This document shows positions 26,830 through 39,455 of a stretch of DNA of 64,000 nucleotides, one piece after another. The notes beneath the pieces are model-generated. The model saw nothing but the letters and a program-made list of their open reading frames with translations. It made no database searches and was not told where the DNA came from. The translations under genes were made by a program, and so were the position numbers. Position 1 is the stretch's first letter, and every line of letters begins with the position of its first letter. This DNA is from Macrostomum lignano (Eukaryota): positions 120,491-184,490 of the forward strand of contig NIVC01002314.1 in NCBI GenBank assembly GCA_002269645.1, written 5' to 3'.

Positions 26830-28212
26830 TTACTCGTCAGCAGGCGGTATATCCTCTTCCTCTTCATCGGCCCCCTCTTCCATAAGCTCCTCCTCCTCCT
26901 CTTCTTCATCATCGTTCGCAGCCTCTCCCTCTTCTTCTTCTTCATCATCATCGTCTTCCTCAACCTCCTCGGCTGGCTCCAGCGCGGCCAATCTGGCCGT
27001 TCTGTCGGCCAATTCGGCCGGATTGAAATCGCGATGTCGGACAACCAGTTTAGTTTTCGTAGTCGGCGCACCGCCGGGCATGCCGATTTTTCTACGCTTA
27101 CTCAATCGAACTCGGGTCTCTAATTCGTTATAATAGACGCCGCCTTCTCTAAATACAAAGAAGTAATTCTCGTCGTAGCCTTTCATACTCTTATTCTTAA
27201 CGTTCCAATTGTACTCTCTGTTAAGTTCGTACTCGTAGACATCCTCGGCTACGTAGGGTAGGCCAGCCTCCTGATCGCGCTTCCGCTTAGCTCTGGTCTC
27301 CCTAGTTGGCAAGAAGTAAGCAACGAACTGATCGCCAGACTCGTCGACCATGCCTCGAATCATTGCCTGGGTTACATCGTCGGATAAACCGGACTGATCC
27401 TTCGGAGTCGGATCGGTGTCGAAGATCACCTGTGCGCACGGGTGCTGCCAGAGTTGAAAGTCTGGCAGCAGAGGCATCACCTGGACGGCGTGGACTCCGC
27501 GACGGCTATAATGCTCCTCTACTGGTCGCTTGGTGGCTTCGAATGTTTTCTCAATAGCTTCAATCTGTTTCTCCTTGGTCTTGTAAATATCTTCGGCCTC
27601 GCTAAATACTTTGTTCTTAAGATTGATCTTCGATTCAATCTTATCGCTAAACACCTGGTTCTGTCGATTAGCCTCATTAGAGATGTACTCAGTCTTGCGC
27701 AGCCAGGAGGCTTTCATCCTGTCGTGCCGGGACGCACGCTGGTGCAAACCGCCAGGTCCGGTCTCGTCGGCAACCAGAGCCTCATCTTCGGGATCTGGCT
27801 TAGCAACTAAAGATGTTTGATAAGTGTCCGGATTCACTAAGTCAATGTCGATGCCTAAGTCCAGCTCAGTAAGCAGTTCGTGCTTATATTCTTTCTCTAA
27901 CGAGGTCGTATTGTACTTTACAAATCGACCGGTCTCAAACGGATAGGCTAAGAATTTCGGATCAAATGGAATGTCTGGCAAGCTGTTGCAATAGCGAACC
28001 CGACAGATTAGACCACTCTCCTGCTTGCGCTGGCTGGCTTGTCCGCCAGAAGAGGCCGACGAAGGTGCAGGAGAAGCGCCTAGCGAAGACCTGCTAGAGG
28101 AGCCGCCAATGGAACTGCGATTCTGCTGCTGCTGCTGCTGATGTTGACGCCTCGATCCACCACCCGGAGTGGTTGCCGGAGACGCGGTCGCGCCAACAAT
28201 AGTCGGTCCCAT
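26830..28212 (-). CDS. PAF1: RNA polymerase II-associated factor 1 (PAF1 complex subunit), intronless, 460 aa
   Basis: MGPTI start (cf. MAPTI), ICRVRYCNSLPDIPFDPKF, TSLEKEYKHELLTELDLG, SWLRKTEYIS, HPCAQVIFDTDP, NREYNWNVKNK, YYNELETRVRLSKRR and acidic tail. The ORF-track start at 28233 is TTG; the first ATG is 28212. Confidence 0.96.
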   Translation of the reverse strand: MGPTIVGATASPATTPGGGSRRQHQQQQQQNRSSIGGSSSRSSLGASPAPSSASSGGQASQRKQESGLICRVRYCNSLPDIPFDPKFLAYPFETGRFVKYNTTSLEKEYKHELLTELDLGIDIDLVNPDTYQTSLVAKPDPEDEALVADETGPGGLHQRASRHDRMKASWLRKTEYISNEANRQNQVFSDKIESKINLKNKVFSEAEDIYKTKEKQIEAIEKTFEATKRPVEEHYSRRGVHAVQVMPLLPDFQLWQHPCAQVIFDTDPTPKDQSGLSDDVTQAMIRGMVDESGDQFVAYFLPTRETRAKRKRDQEAGLPYVAEDVYEYELNREYNWNVKNKSMKGYDENYFFVFREGGVYYNELETRVRLSKRRKIGMPGGAPTTKTKLVVRHRDFNPAELADRTARLAALEPAEEVEEDDDDEEEEEGEAANDDEEEEEEELMEEGADEEEEDIPPADE

Positions 28213-28852
28213 TGACAACCAGTAATAAACCAACTATAATTTAATTCGATTCTAAATACAAGTTTATATTTAGTTGTTTGCAAGGGTATAAATAGGACAG
28301 CTGAATTGACCGTTGAAAAACAGAGCTGAAATGTTGAAAACAGACAAATTCTCAGTTATTAATAATTAAAATCACGTGAAAACTTTTAAACAATCTTACA
28401 CTGAAGGTACATTTCTATAGGGACTTTAGTTTAGGCTACAGTTACACTTTAATCTAGGAGCAAGTAATTGATCTTTTTATCAAAACTTTCAACTAAAACT
28501 TGCGTTATCTAATTCAGCTTTGAAGGTCATATTATTTCTGTTAAACCTGTTCACTAGCAAGAGAGTACAGCTCTATCTAATAAATGTAGGCGGGACACTA
28601 AATAGACAACAAAACAAGCAGTGAATTATTGAATTAATTTATATATTTGTTTTCAGTTAAGGTGCAAAATTAAGCGTCTTTAATTGGCGTCATCAAGAAA
28701 ACTAAAAAATGGCGGATGGGATGAGCTAGCTAGCTCTGCAGTCAACAAAGTTGCAAGCCAGAGCAAAATGAATAAACTCAATACATTTAATAATGAAAGA
28801 AAATGGACCAGGAGCCAATGCAAGCGATGCCTTATTCAACTATTATCACAAA

Positions 28853-29404
28853 TCACAGAATCCTAGCATCGGCTACATCATTGGGCACTTTAATAACCCA
28901 ATCCTGCATGTCCGGAGTGACAACAATCTGACAGCCCAGTCTGGATGTGTCGCTCAATTCGTAGGCCATGTCCAGCATATCCTGCTCCTCTTCCGTCACC
29001 TTATTAGGCAGCGAGTCGTAATTAGCTTTGTCAAATATGAGATGACAGGTGGAACAGCTGAGAGTGCCGCCGCAGGCGCCGAATCCGTCAATATCGACAT
29101 TCTGATCGATAATTATGTCTAGCAGGTTGTCGCCAACTCGACAATCGACGCGAACTTTTGACCCGTCGCGTAGTATAAAATATATTGGAACAAAATCTGG
29201 CTGGTACTTCTGTTTGCTGCTAGAAGTAGCCGAAGCAGAATTATTACCAGACATATTTACGGTTGACAGCCATCGGTTGCGTTGACATTCACTGACGCGA
29301 CAATTCACAACTGATGCAAAACGTGGCGCACTGGAAAAGCCACTGGCAGCTGTGGCCGACACCAGTCGGCTAATGGTGCGGAGACAATTCATAAAAGTTA
29401 ACAT
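28853..29404 (-). CDS. FDX1: Mitochondrial adrenodoxin-type [2Fe-2S] ferredoxin (FDX1-like), intronless, 183 aa
   Basis: Basic/Ser-rich presequence, DIDGFGACGGTLSCSTCHLIF, EEQDMLDMAY and SRLGCQI (four Cys ligands). DGFGAC.GTL.CSTCHLIF is the FDX1-type signature rather than FDX2 (ACEASLACSTCHV). Confidence 0.88.
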   Translation of the reverse strand: MLTFMNCLRTISRLVSATAASGFSSAPRFASVVNCRVSECQRNRWLSTVNMSGNNSASATSSSKQKYQPDFVPIYFILRDGSKVRVDCRVGDNLLDIIIDQNVDIDGFGACGGTLSCSTCHLIFDKANYDSLPNKVTEEEQDMLDMAYELSDTSRLGCQIVVTPDMQDWVIKVPNDVADARIL

Positions 29405-30665
29405 TAATTAAATTACTTTGTAAAGCATTCTCTGTATTTCAATACTATTGAGCTGTTGCATAAATGAAAAATGATTAAAATGTATTTTTTATCAAACTTC
29501 CAATCTCACTTAAATATCCACAAAAATTTTGATCTTGTCCAACCTCTACTGTGCATCTGCATCATTTAGGCACAAAAACCCAAGTGAGCCATTCCTCTAG
29601 AATCTCTCTATTGTTATTGACAGTGTATATTTCTAAAAACTTTCATCCAGGATTGATTGCATTGGCATTGAGACTGAACGGAAATAAAAGATAAATGGTT
29701 CCAGAAAGTTGCGTTTCACCTGATTCTCACACTTGTACAAAACTCCTGGACACTATACAAGAAATGTGGTGGGACAACCAAATTTTTAACTTTCCTAGAA
29801 AATAGCATCAAGACGCTGATCTGCGACTTAGGACTGGGATGCGCTTGGCTACCGACTCAGGTTCAAACCCCTATGCAGGCTAACCGTCCAACTCATTCAC
29901 CAATGAGACTCCCAGCAATAGAAGCCCAGGCTTGCCCAAGCAAACGATGCAAAATGTGCTCTTTAAAACCTGAAATTCCAGCTAAGAATACAGTATTTTG
30001 CTGCAGCCAATGTCCCGGAAATCCTGATTAATCTAGATAATTTCTTATAACTTATTATATTGTAGGTACTTTTTTAGAAATGTGTTTCCTAGGAGATAAA
30101 GACTTGGTTTGTTTGTATTCAGAACTCAGAACAATTACATGATTCTATAATTTAGTGCAAAATCTGCATGAAATATGTTCAAAACAACCCACAATCTAAT
30201 ATTCAAGCATAGCAGCAAAAAATAACATTTTCAATAGCCAAAGGTTAATATTCTTAGAAAAATATATATATAGAAAGACAGTATATATAGAAAGCTCTAA
30301 GAGCATTAAGCACAAATTGTCTTTACAGAAATGCTATAAAATGGATAAAGCATATAAATATTACTTGCTAAGCAATGCTAAAAAATATAGGCAATAGAAA
30401 ATTAGCCATTTAGCAAGAAGTAAACATACGAGTTCCCCACAAATTTTGTAGGGTTAAAAGTTGAATATACAATGAAGTTAGGGGGAATTCCCATTTTATG
30501 GGTGGTAATCTATTGGATGTACTAAAAACCCAGACATTAATCTTGTGACACTTTTTTCCCATATATAAGTGATTTAAAAAATTAAAAATTCTAGTTTGTT
30601 AATATTCCAAATTTAGGTCCGTGATCTTTTTATCTGAGCTTTTGGAATATTTTTAAAGTCTCATA

Positions 30666-31770
30666 ATGCAAGCTGCCTTAAGCCTGTCTGGCCATAGCAA
30701 TTTTCAAGATAAATTGCAGGAGGATATAATTCTGATTGGTATCAATACTCCATCATATATTTTTGTAGTGTTACCCACTAGTGGCAGCAAGAGCCTCTGC
30801 TACCACTTCCTGGCTATGCTAATGCTTGGGGTAATGCTAGTTATCTCACCTCTTCTTAGCCTGATTGAGGATCAGCTGTGGAATCTGCCGAAGAGTATTA
30901 AGGCCTGCAGCATATTAGTCATACATGCGCAACTGCTGGCCGACCTGGCCGATCTGGCCACCGTAAATTGTGGTGGACCAGGGGTAAGTCGCAAAAATGC
31001 CACCCCAAAGAATACGGACATAGTACTAATTAGATGCCGAGGCATTTAGGCCTGATAACACAGTCATAGTTACTCCTGCCGTTTACCCAAATAAGCGTTA
31101 ATTTTGCTTTAGGGTTTTTTTTCACAGGTAAGTCGCATTTTTGGTCAAAAAGTAAGTCGCATGGCCAGTGTAAATCAGGGGGGGTTGCGCATGTATGATA
31201 TTAGTGGCAAGTGCAGATCTGAGTTTTGCCTCAACCTATACACTGGTATACTGCATACCAGAGAAGGCAGAATTGTTAGCTGAGACCCAAGCCTTCATTG
31301 CCCACCTTGTCAAGCTGCGCTAGCTTGTCTGCATCATCCTAGATGAGGCACACTGCTTAAACAAATGGGACAATGACTTTAGGCTGGCCTACCTGAAGCT
31401 CAGAGGCCTCTGTGACAGCATGCCATTGGTGCCATGGATGGTGCTAACTGCAACATTAACAACCACTGACTGCATCAACATTGCAAATTCCTTTAGATTG
31501 TGTGATTTGGTTTTGTTCAGAAAAAGCACCCTGTGCTCTAATATCAGTCTTTGTGTATAACCAACCCAATTCTAGTCTTTGGCTACAATTTTGGATGTGC
31601 CAAAATATCTAATAGCTTCATCAATTGTGCCAATCAATTGGAACAACCATCTTGGCGGAGACCATTTGCAAGGTAAGTCTAATTTCATTGTTCATGAAAT
31701 ATAAAAAAAGTTTCTGTGTCTGCAATCATAAAAATGAGTCAGAAAAAAGAATCCTGTGATTTACCATTCA
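30666..31770 (+). pseudogene. Decayed RecQ-family (SF2, DEAH) DNA helicase
   Basis: VVLPTSGSKSLCY (degenerate motif I, cf. PTGGGKSLCY), LVISPLLSLIEDQ (Ia), IILDEAHCLNKWDNDFRLAYLKL (II, cf. DEAHCISQWGHDFRPDY), VLTAT (III). In-frame TAG at 31321, TAA near 31558 and an unrelated insertion at about 30950-31200. Confidence 0.8.
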
Positions 31771-33387
31771 CACAAATTTACATTGTTAGCAAATTTACCC
31801 CCTTTTTAACAATAGACTTTAGCACTCACTTGAATTTAGCTATCTTTAGCTATACCTTAGTTGCCTTTAGCTGCAATATTGTCTTGTTTTTTTTCTTTCC
31901 TTTCATTTTTTCTTTTTCTTTCTATTTTTTTCTTTTTTTTACCTATTTTGTTTTCCCCTTTTGTCAATTTTTTTAGGTTAGCTTTTTTGCAATTTATCTT
32001 AGCTATACTTTTTGACACCAAGTTGAATTGGCCAAGTTGGCCATTGCCAGATATTAAACATGTATGCCCAAGGCTTCTAATATTCTAAACTCTTTAAATA
32101 TAAACTTCTTAGTCTTTATTTCCTTTATTCCTATGCAGCATAATTTTTCCTTTGATTTGTCTTAAAAACTATATAAACAACATTATGAACTATATTAATA
32201 CTTAACTTGACTTGTTCTAAATCTTTGTTTTTATATTAAAATGACTATTTGGTATTTAGATTATTAATTTTTCAATTACAATTTAAATTTAATATTTAAT
32301 TACATTAGTTCAAAAATAAATATTCCAAATATTTGTTTTAGCTTAGCTTTAATCAGAGCATTAGAAAGCACAAAACTATATTAGGTTTTAACACTGTAGA
32401 GATTACTTAACTTATACTTTAATATAAGCTATGTTACTTTTTTGACTAAAGGTGGTATAGCTTATAAGCACTAAACAAGGCAAGAAAATAGGACTAGAAA
32501 GGCAAGATAAAGCAAGCAAGCAAGGTTAGATAGATTTATATTTGTTTTGTATCCAATTTTAGGTTTCATATATATAATTTGCAATGTGATTTAAATAATA
32601 TTTATTACTATATTATAAGATATTAACAATAAGCTTACCTAGTTTTTTAGTCAAAAGTAAACTTGTTAATAGGCAAATTTGACTTGTGAATTAAGGCACT
32701 TGTTATTTATATGGTACTGTATAAAAAGTAATGTTATTATTTACATGGTAATTAAAAAAGACTAATTTTATTATCTTCTATATATTGTATAGTTTTTATA
32801 GCTATTTTCCAATTACATTTGACCACAAATCTATCCTTTTGAAAGCAAAGAAGTTATATTCTCATTTGTTTCTTTTGAAACACCTTTTATATATTGCATT
32901 AATTATAGTATGAGTAATACTATGAGCCAATGAAAAATGCTAAGCTATAAACATATAAATCAAGCCTAAACTCTATCTATCTACTTGCTTTAGTTAGTTT
33001 AAACTCATTATGAAAATAAAATATATAAGGACAAATATTGAGTAGTCTGTAATAGGCTAACTATTTATAAGGACAAGGTATTTATTTTAGTGGCAATCGT
33101 TAACTTAATTGTGTTAAATTATTTTTATGCTTTCATAAACTTCTTAGCCTATCTAATGATTGTCAAATGGCTAGGAGGCCTAGAACACTAATTACTATTA
33201 TACCTAAGGCTGATTTGAAGTCTGTAGCCAAGCTTTATAATATCAATGTAATAATGCATAAGCTGGTACTATTTATGTTAGATGGCATGGCAACCATGCA
33301 CTAGCTAGCCACTTTTAGGCTTGCGTACCATGCCCAGATGCTTTAGCTATGCATCAATTATCTAATGCAATAAAATAAAATATACAT

Positions 33388-33540
33388 GCGCAACCTTGGG
33401 AATCACTTGGCCATTTCTATTGGCAACATAAACATGTAAATTGCTATTGGCTGAGAGCAGTCATGCGACTACTATTCTGTCAAATAGTGACTTACATATG
33501 ATTTAAAATAGAAATGGCCAAGTGAATCCCAAGGTTGTGC
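33388..33540. repeat. 153-nt fold-back element with 32-nt inverted arms
   Basis: GCGCAACCTTGGGAATCACTTGGCCATTTCTA vs TAGAAATGGCCAAGTGAATCCCAAGGTTGTGC: two mismatches. Confidence 0.8.
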
Positions 33541-34070
33541 CCAAGCATTAAATAAAATATTGCTATTTCAGTTACTATATAAATAACACTGGCAATATTT
33601 ACATGGTACCATGCAAATAATCATTGTTATAAATTGAATATATTATTTTTTGTTAATATTTTGACTTTATATTTTCATTTTTTATTTATTTTTAAATTAA
33701 TTACTTAATTAAATTAATTAACTTTTAAAATATATTTAAATAACTTTTGATAGAATATGAGACTATTTCAAAGCATAAAAAATCTAATGATTAGGGCATA
33801 TTTGAGTTTGAGTTTTGAGAATTGGCATTTTAAGCATTGGGCCAAAAAGTTTTTGTTTCTAAATAATATTTTAAGCCTAAAGCATATGCCTATATACCAT
33901 GTTCCTTAATATTGGGTACTGAGGCCTAACACTAACACTAAGGCTAAGGTTTAAAATTAGAGATGGGAATATTCTTTAATTTGAAAGTAATAAAAGGCAG
34001 CTTTCCTGACAATACTGTGTCAATAATAGCAATATAACCTTTTATAGCTAAATTATAATACATATAGGAA

Positions 34071-34755
34071 GTAACCGGTCATTTTGTCCATAAACTGTTT
34101 CTGCCATGGACATTTCACCCCTAGACCATTTTGCCCATATACTGTCTTGCCCACAAACTATTTCGGCCATGGACTATTTCGCCTCTAATTTGGACCAGGG
34201 TTGAAATGAACAAAGTCATGAGCTGAGAATATGCGAGATGAGACATAAGTGTCAAAAGCACTGACAACCAATGATATGATTTATTATAAGCAAGGTTCAA
34301 TAGTAGCCACCCCCACTCCAGGGGCTAAAACACCAACAATCCAAATATACTAAATCTCTAAGGTTTGTATGTCTATACTGCTCTAGTACAAATATTTCTG
34401 GCCTAATACCTAGCCTTATAACTTTTCAAAGGAATGACTTAAAAAACTTGTAATAATTCACAATCGTAATAAACAAAATTGCAATAATGCAATAACACAA
34501 TTGTTTTGGCAACAATTCAGATCATATTTTGTTGAACATTAAAACTAAAAATTAGCATTGAAAAAAAGAAAATAAAGATACATGTACAGCTATATCTCTA
34601 GTTAATACATAATAGTACATTAATACCCATGCCTAAATTGGAGGCGAAACGGTCCATAGCCAAACTGGTTTATGGACAAAACAGACTATGGGCGAAATGG
34701 TCTAGGGGCGAAATGTCCATGGCTGAAACAGTTTGGGGGCGAAACAACTGGAATT
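34071..34755. mobile_element. Non-autonomous DNA transposon (Mutator-like MITE) with inverted arms of about 125 nt and a 10-nt flanking direct repeat
   Basis: Arms 34071-34195 and 34631-34755 align as inverted repeats with internal CATTTCGCC subrepeats; CATATAGGAA at 34061-34070 and 34756-34765 fits a 9-11 nt MULE-type TSD. Confidence 0.75.
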
Positions 34756-34780
34756 CATATAGGAATGGGCCTGCTACTCT

Positions 34781-34872
34781 CTCTTAGCATGTGCCATGCC
34801 AACAACAATATAATGGCGCCTGCATTAAAATGTTTTCAATAGTTAGGCATGGTGGATGGCACATGCTAAGAG
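34781..34872. repeat. 92-nt hairpin element with perfect 17-nt inverted ends
   Basis: CTCTTAGCATGTGCCAT (34781-34797) and ATGGCACATGCTAAGAG (34856-34872). Confidence 0.75.
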
Positions 34873-35468
34873 TAATAGTCTGTAAACTTTAGGGCCTAGG
34901 GCCTTGGCCTATAACTAATAAATTGTTGATTCATAGGCCCCTATTCATAATTTTGCAGTGTTTGTATATAGTATTTAGGGTAATACGTCTAAAAGTCGAA
35001 AAAAACTTTTTTCTAATCGTCTTTATCAAGCGTCACGTCCATGATGAAATAAGACTGAGTCTCACAGTCTGAGATAAAAAATTAAAATAGAATCTGCCAA
35101 TCTAAAGACGAAAGCAAATAATGAAGATTTGACTCAATCGTGCTGTTTTCGCTTTGTTATAGTCGCTAAGCTTCGTTCGCTTTTTGAATTAGTGCTGAAA
35201 GTTTATTAATATTTACAACAAATATTCCGGCGATGTTCAAAATATATTGTAGCAAGATTTTAAATCTTTTTTTAATTTGCTTTTTTAGGTTTTAACACAT
35301 AAAAAATTAAGCAAAACTTTAATCTTATATTTAGATTTATCTCAGCACCATAGTTAATGCAAATTTCAACTTGAATAAATACGTACAGTTTTATTGCTAG
35401 AGATTAGTGTGCTCCTCGTCGCAGCGAACTAATTCTTTATTCAGATATTACAACTTATATTTTTTCAA

Positions 35469-37416
35469 ATGGCAACGGCGCTTGCTCAGCAGCCCAATGA
35501 GGGCAATACATACACCTTTTCGAGTCAGCCCAGAGCTGTTCCTAACCGACGAAAATACCGAGATCAGTTTGCACAGCAGTGAGTCAACCATCGAATGCTT
35601 GACTTTACTAATTAATTTTTTTTCAACTGTAAACCATAGCGAGTTCTAGTAAAATCTAAGGTTTGATGCTTCAAAAATTAATAGCTAGAATTAATCCGCT
35701 GAATGCAGACAGTTTTTGTTCTTGGGAAAGTATTGCAACTGATATACTACGCTCGTATTTACTCTGCTTTTGCAACATTTGACGCCAAAAAACTAAAGCA
35801 ACTGCATATAATCGAAAAAATAAGAAATTAATTTACGTTTTTTATGCGAATAGTCATTTTATTATCTGGTAACCGGCTAACCGCTTCCTTTATTGAGGTT
35901 ATTTTATTCGATAATCAAGACAATTTTCACTATACTCGCGCAGGAACTCGGATGAGGTGCCGCATCACGGCAACTTGATGTACGACAGGCGAGTCATTCG
36001 GGGCAACACCTACTCGCAGCATGTGCTGCCTGCAGTGGCGCAGCCCGATCCGGTGGAAATTCAACGCCAGCAGGAGATGCGAAGGCGCGCCATGGCTAGG
36101 AAGCGCGCACGCGAGCAGCTCCGACCAAAGTCGCCAGAAGCCGTCGAGGGCAGGAAGCACATTGACATCCAGACGGAGCTGTACCTAGAAGAGCTGGCGG
36201 ACCGAATCGAGGAGGCCGACGTTCAATGCCAAACTGACGACTTCCTTGACAGGCCCCCGTCGCCGCTGTTTGTCCCAGCTAAAAGCGGGGAAGACAAGGA
36301 GACTCAGATCCTTGACAACGAGGTAAAGATTTGGCGCAATATTTATTGCCTAATTTCTGACTTGCTACCAGAGTATCATCAACCATTGACCTCACTTCCC
36401 CCTCCCCCTGTTTCGATGCAGCTGTTCAACTTCGACATCGAGGTCAAGCCCATCCTGGAGGTGCTAGTTGGCAAAACCATTGAGCAGTCACTGCTGGAGG
36501 TCTGCGGCGAAGAGGAGCTGGCCAACCTGCGGGCCCAGCAGCGCGCCTTCGAGGAGCTGCGCAACGCCGAGCTCGTCGAACAACAGCGACTGGAAGAGCA
36601 GGACAGGCGCCATCGCGAGGAGAAGGCGCGCCGTGTTCAACAACAGCGCGAGGTGCAAGAGAAAGAGCGCGAGACGGCGAACAAAATCGCGGCGCGAGCT
36701 TTCGCCCAGAGCTACTTGGCCGACCTCGTGCCGTCGGTGTTCGGCACCCTGGCAGAGCACGGATATTTCTACGATCCCGTGGAGCGCGGTGAGTCACTTT
36801 TCCATCATCGTCACTTGGAATTGGTCATTTGGATTGGCAGAAGAACGTTCTTTACGTTAGATGAGGAGTTTCTACTCGTAACGGTCAGGCATGTCATGTT
36901 GTCTCGGCACATTCACGTCACGTATTTTGACTCCGTGGACCTAAGGAGATAACAAGTGGCATTTTCTCCTTGATCTGACCTCTTCTAGACGTGGAGAGCG
37001 GCTTCCTGCCCTGGCTGGTGGATGCTGTCAACACCGACATCGATTCCTCCGTGCGCGCCCGCGCCCTACTCGACGGCCTGCTGCGCGAGGTGATTCGCGA
37101 CCGGCACACCGCCTACCGCGCCCTGGAGACGCGAATCGAGCAGCAGCGCATGGCCGAGGAGGACCGGCGCGCCATGGTTGATCCATCAGCTGCCGCCGCC
37201 TCCGAGACTCAGTCGCAGCCGCGAGACGAAGACGAAAACGACGCGATGGCCAACCTGGAGGCGACCGGCGCGCCAGGCGATGCGCCTGATGCCGATGCCG
37301 ACGATTCAGCGGCCGCTAAGGAGGCTGAGGATGCCGGCGATGCCGACGCCGAGGGCGAAGCCGACGGCGAGGGCGAGGCAGACGCCGACGGAGGCGACGG
37401 CGAGGACGAGAATTAA
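35469..37416 (+). CDS. RSPH3: Radial spoke head protein 3, 4 exons: 35469-35578, 35944-36322, 36422-36788, 36989-37416; about 427 aa
   Basis: TYTFSSQPRAV, HGNLMYDRRVIRGNTY, EAVEGRKHIDIQTELYLEEL, QTDDFLDRPPSPLFVPAKSG, LFNFDIEVKPILEVLVGKTIEQSLLEV, and YFYDPVER|DVESGFLPWL across a phase-1 intron; GT-AG junctions in frame. Confidence 0.95.
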
Positions 37417-38097
37417 AAAAAGCGAGGATAAGAAACCTGATTTTTCTTGGTATTGAATATGAGACTAAAATTTATAGAACTATTAAATCCAACAAGTCCA
37501 AAAACACTCCGGCAACTGTGTAATTTAATTTCCCGAAATGGTTCGTCTCCCGCTTTTTGTCCTTGATATTTATAATCGAAGTGAATATATCGGCTAAAGT
37601 TAAAATGATTATAGCATCTCCGATCATGCTCTGCTGTTGCTTCTTTCTTTGATTTTTAACAAAGACGCGCAGTCTGAAGTGTCCCCGATTGCAGCAGGAC
37701 CTACCAGATTTCCCATTTCGACTTAACTCGTATCTTTTATATACCGTAAAGTGACCTCGTTAATTACGATGCTTAAAAAACAAAGCCGGGAAACTTCGGC
37801 TGTGCTTTTTGTACCTTCTTAAACAAGGACTTCAACTTGTGGTTGCTTACATATTATTCGTTGCTTATTTTCTATCCTTAATTGCTAACTTAACTTTTTT
37901 GGACACAAATATTTTTTGTTTCAAACTTTTGTTGCCTAACGCGCGTGCTGCCTTCGATTTGATGTCAGGATTTAATTAGTACCGGTTTCAGGCCGGGTAT
38001 TTTTGGCACTATAGTGGAATAAAACTCTGCCACATAAGACACTACTGTTGAGTAGCATGTTTTGCCTGTTTAATTTCATTCTGTGTAATTTATATTA

Positions 38098-38767
<670 letters not shown>

Positions 38768-39156
38768 TAAAAACGTTTCTTCTGACAATACATGTAGTTG
38801 CCAATAGCAATTTCTTGAAGTACAAAAATTGATATTTCAGCTAGTGGATCAATGCTATTTTATTTCATTCTCATTATATTGGTTTGTCTTTCAAGAGTAG
38901 CAGACACCTGTGCGAATTTTTCAGGCCTCTCGAAAGGCGAGCCCCCCTTTGCGGTAAAACTGAATTGCAACGGCTGCAGCTCTAAGACAGCTAGACCTGT
39001 GTGGGTGCAGGTGTGGTAGCTGAGAGAGGTGGAACTTCTGCTGATTGTTCAATAACTGGGAAGGTTGGTCGGGCAGTCTTGATCAGCTTTCAGTGCTCCA
39101 ACACACGCATGCATTTATTCTCATTTCTTCTTGCCGCAAAGAATATGCGCTTTCGG

Positions 39157-39455
39157 AACCATGGAGTTCTAGAGAGTCATCTGGTCTGGAGTCTGGAATG
39201 GAGACCTGTAGCGGCTGAACCACAGAGTTCTAGAGAGTCATCTGGTCTGGAGTCTGGCATGGAGACCTGTAGCGGCTGAACCATGGAGTTCTAGAGAGTC
39301 ATCTGGTCTGGAGTCTGGCATGGAGACCTGTAGCGGCTGAACCATGGAGTTCTAGAGAGTCATCTGGTCTGGAGTCTGGAATGGAGACCTGTAGCGGCTG
39401 AACCATGGAGTTCTAGAGAGTCATCTGGTCTGGAGTCTGGAATGGAGACCTGAAC
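39157..39455. repeat. 61-nt tandem repeat, about 5 copies
   Basis: GAACCATGGAGTTCTAGAGAGTCATCTGGTCTGGAGTCTGGAATGGAGACCTGTAGCGGCT repeated. Confidence 0.92.

Noticed and set aside
29820-29900. B-box-like GGTTCAAACC, and GGGTTCGATTC on the minus strand near 45855-45865
   Set aside because: No cloverleaf or matching A box could be built; at most eroded SINE heads, not tRNA genes.
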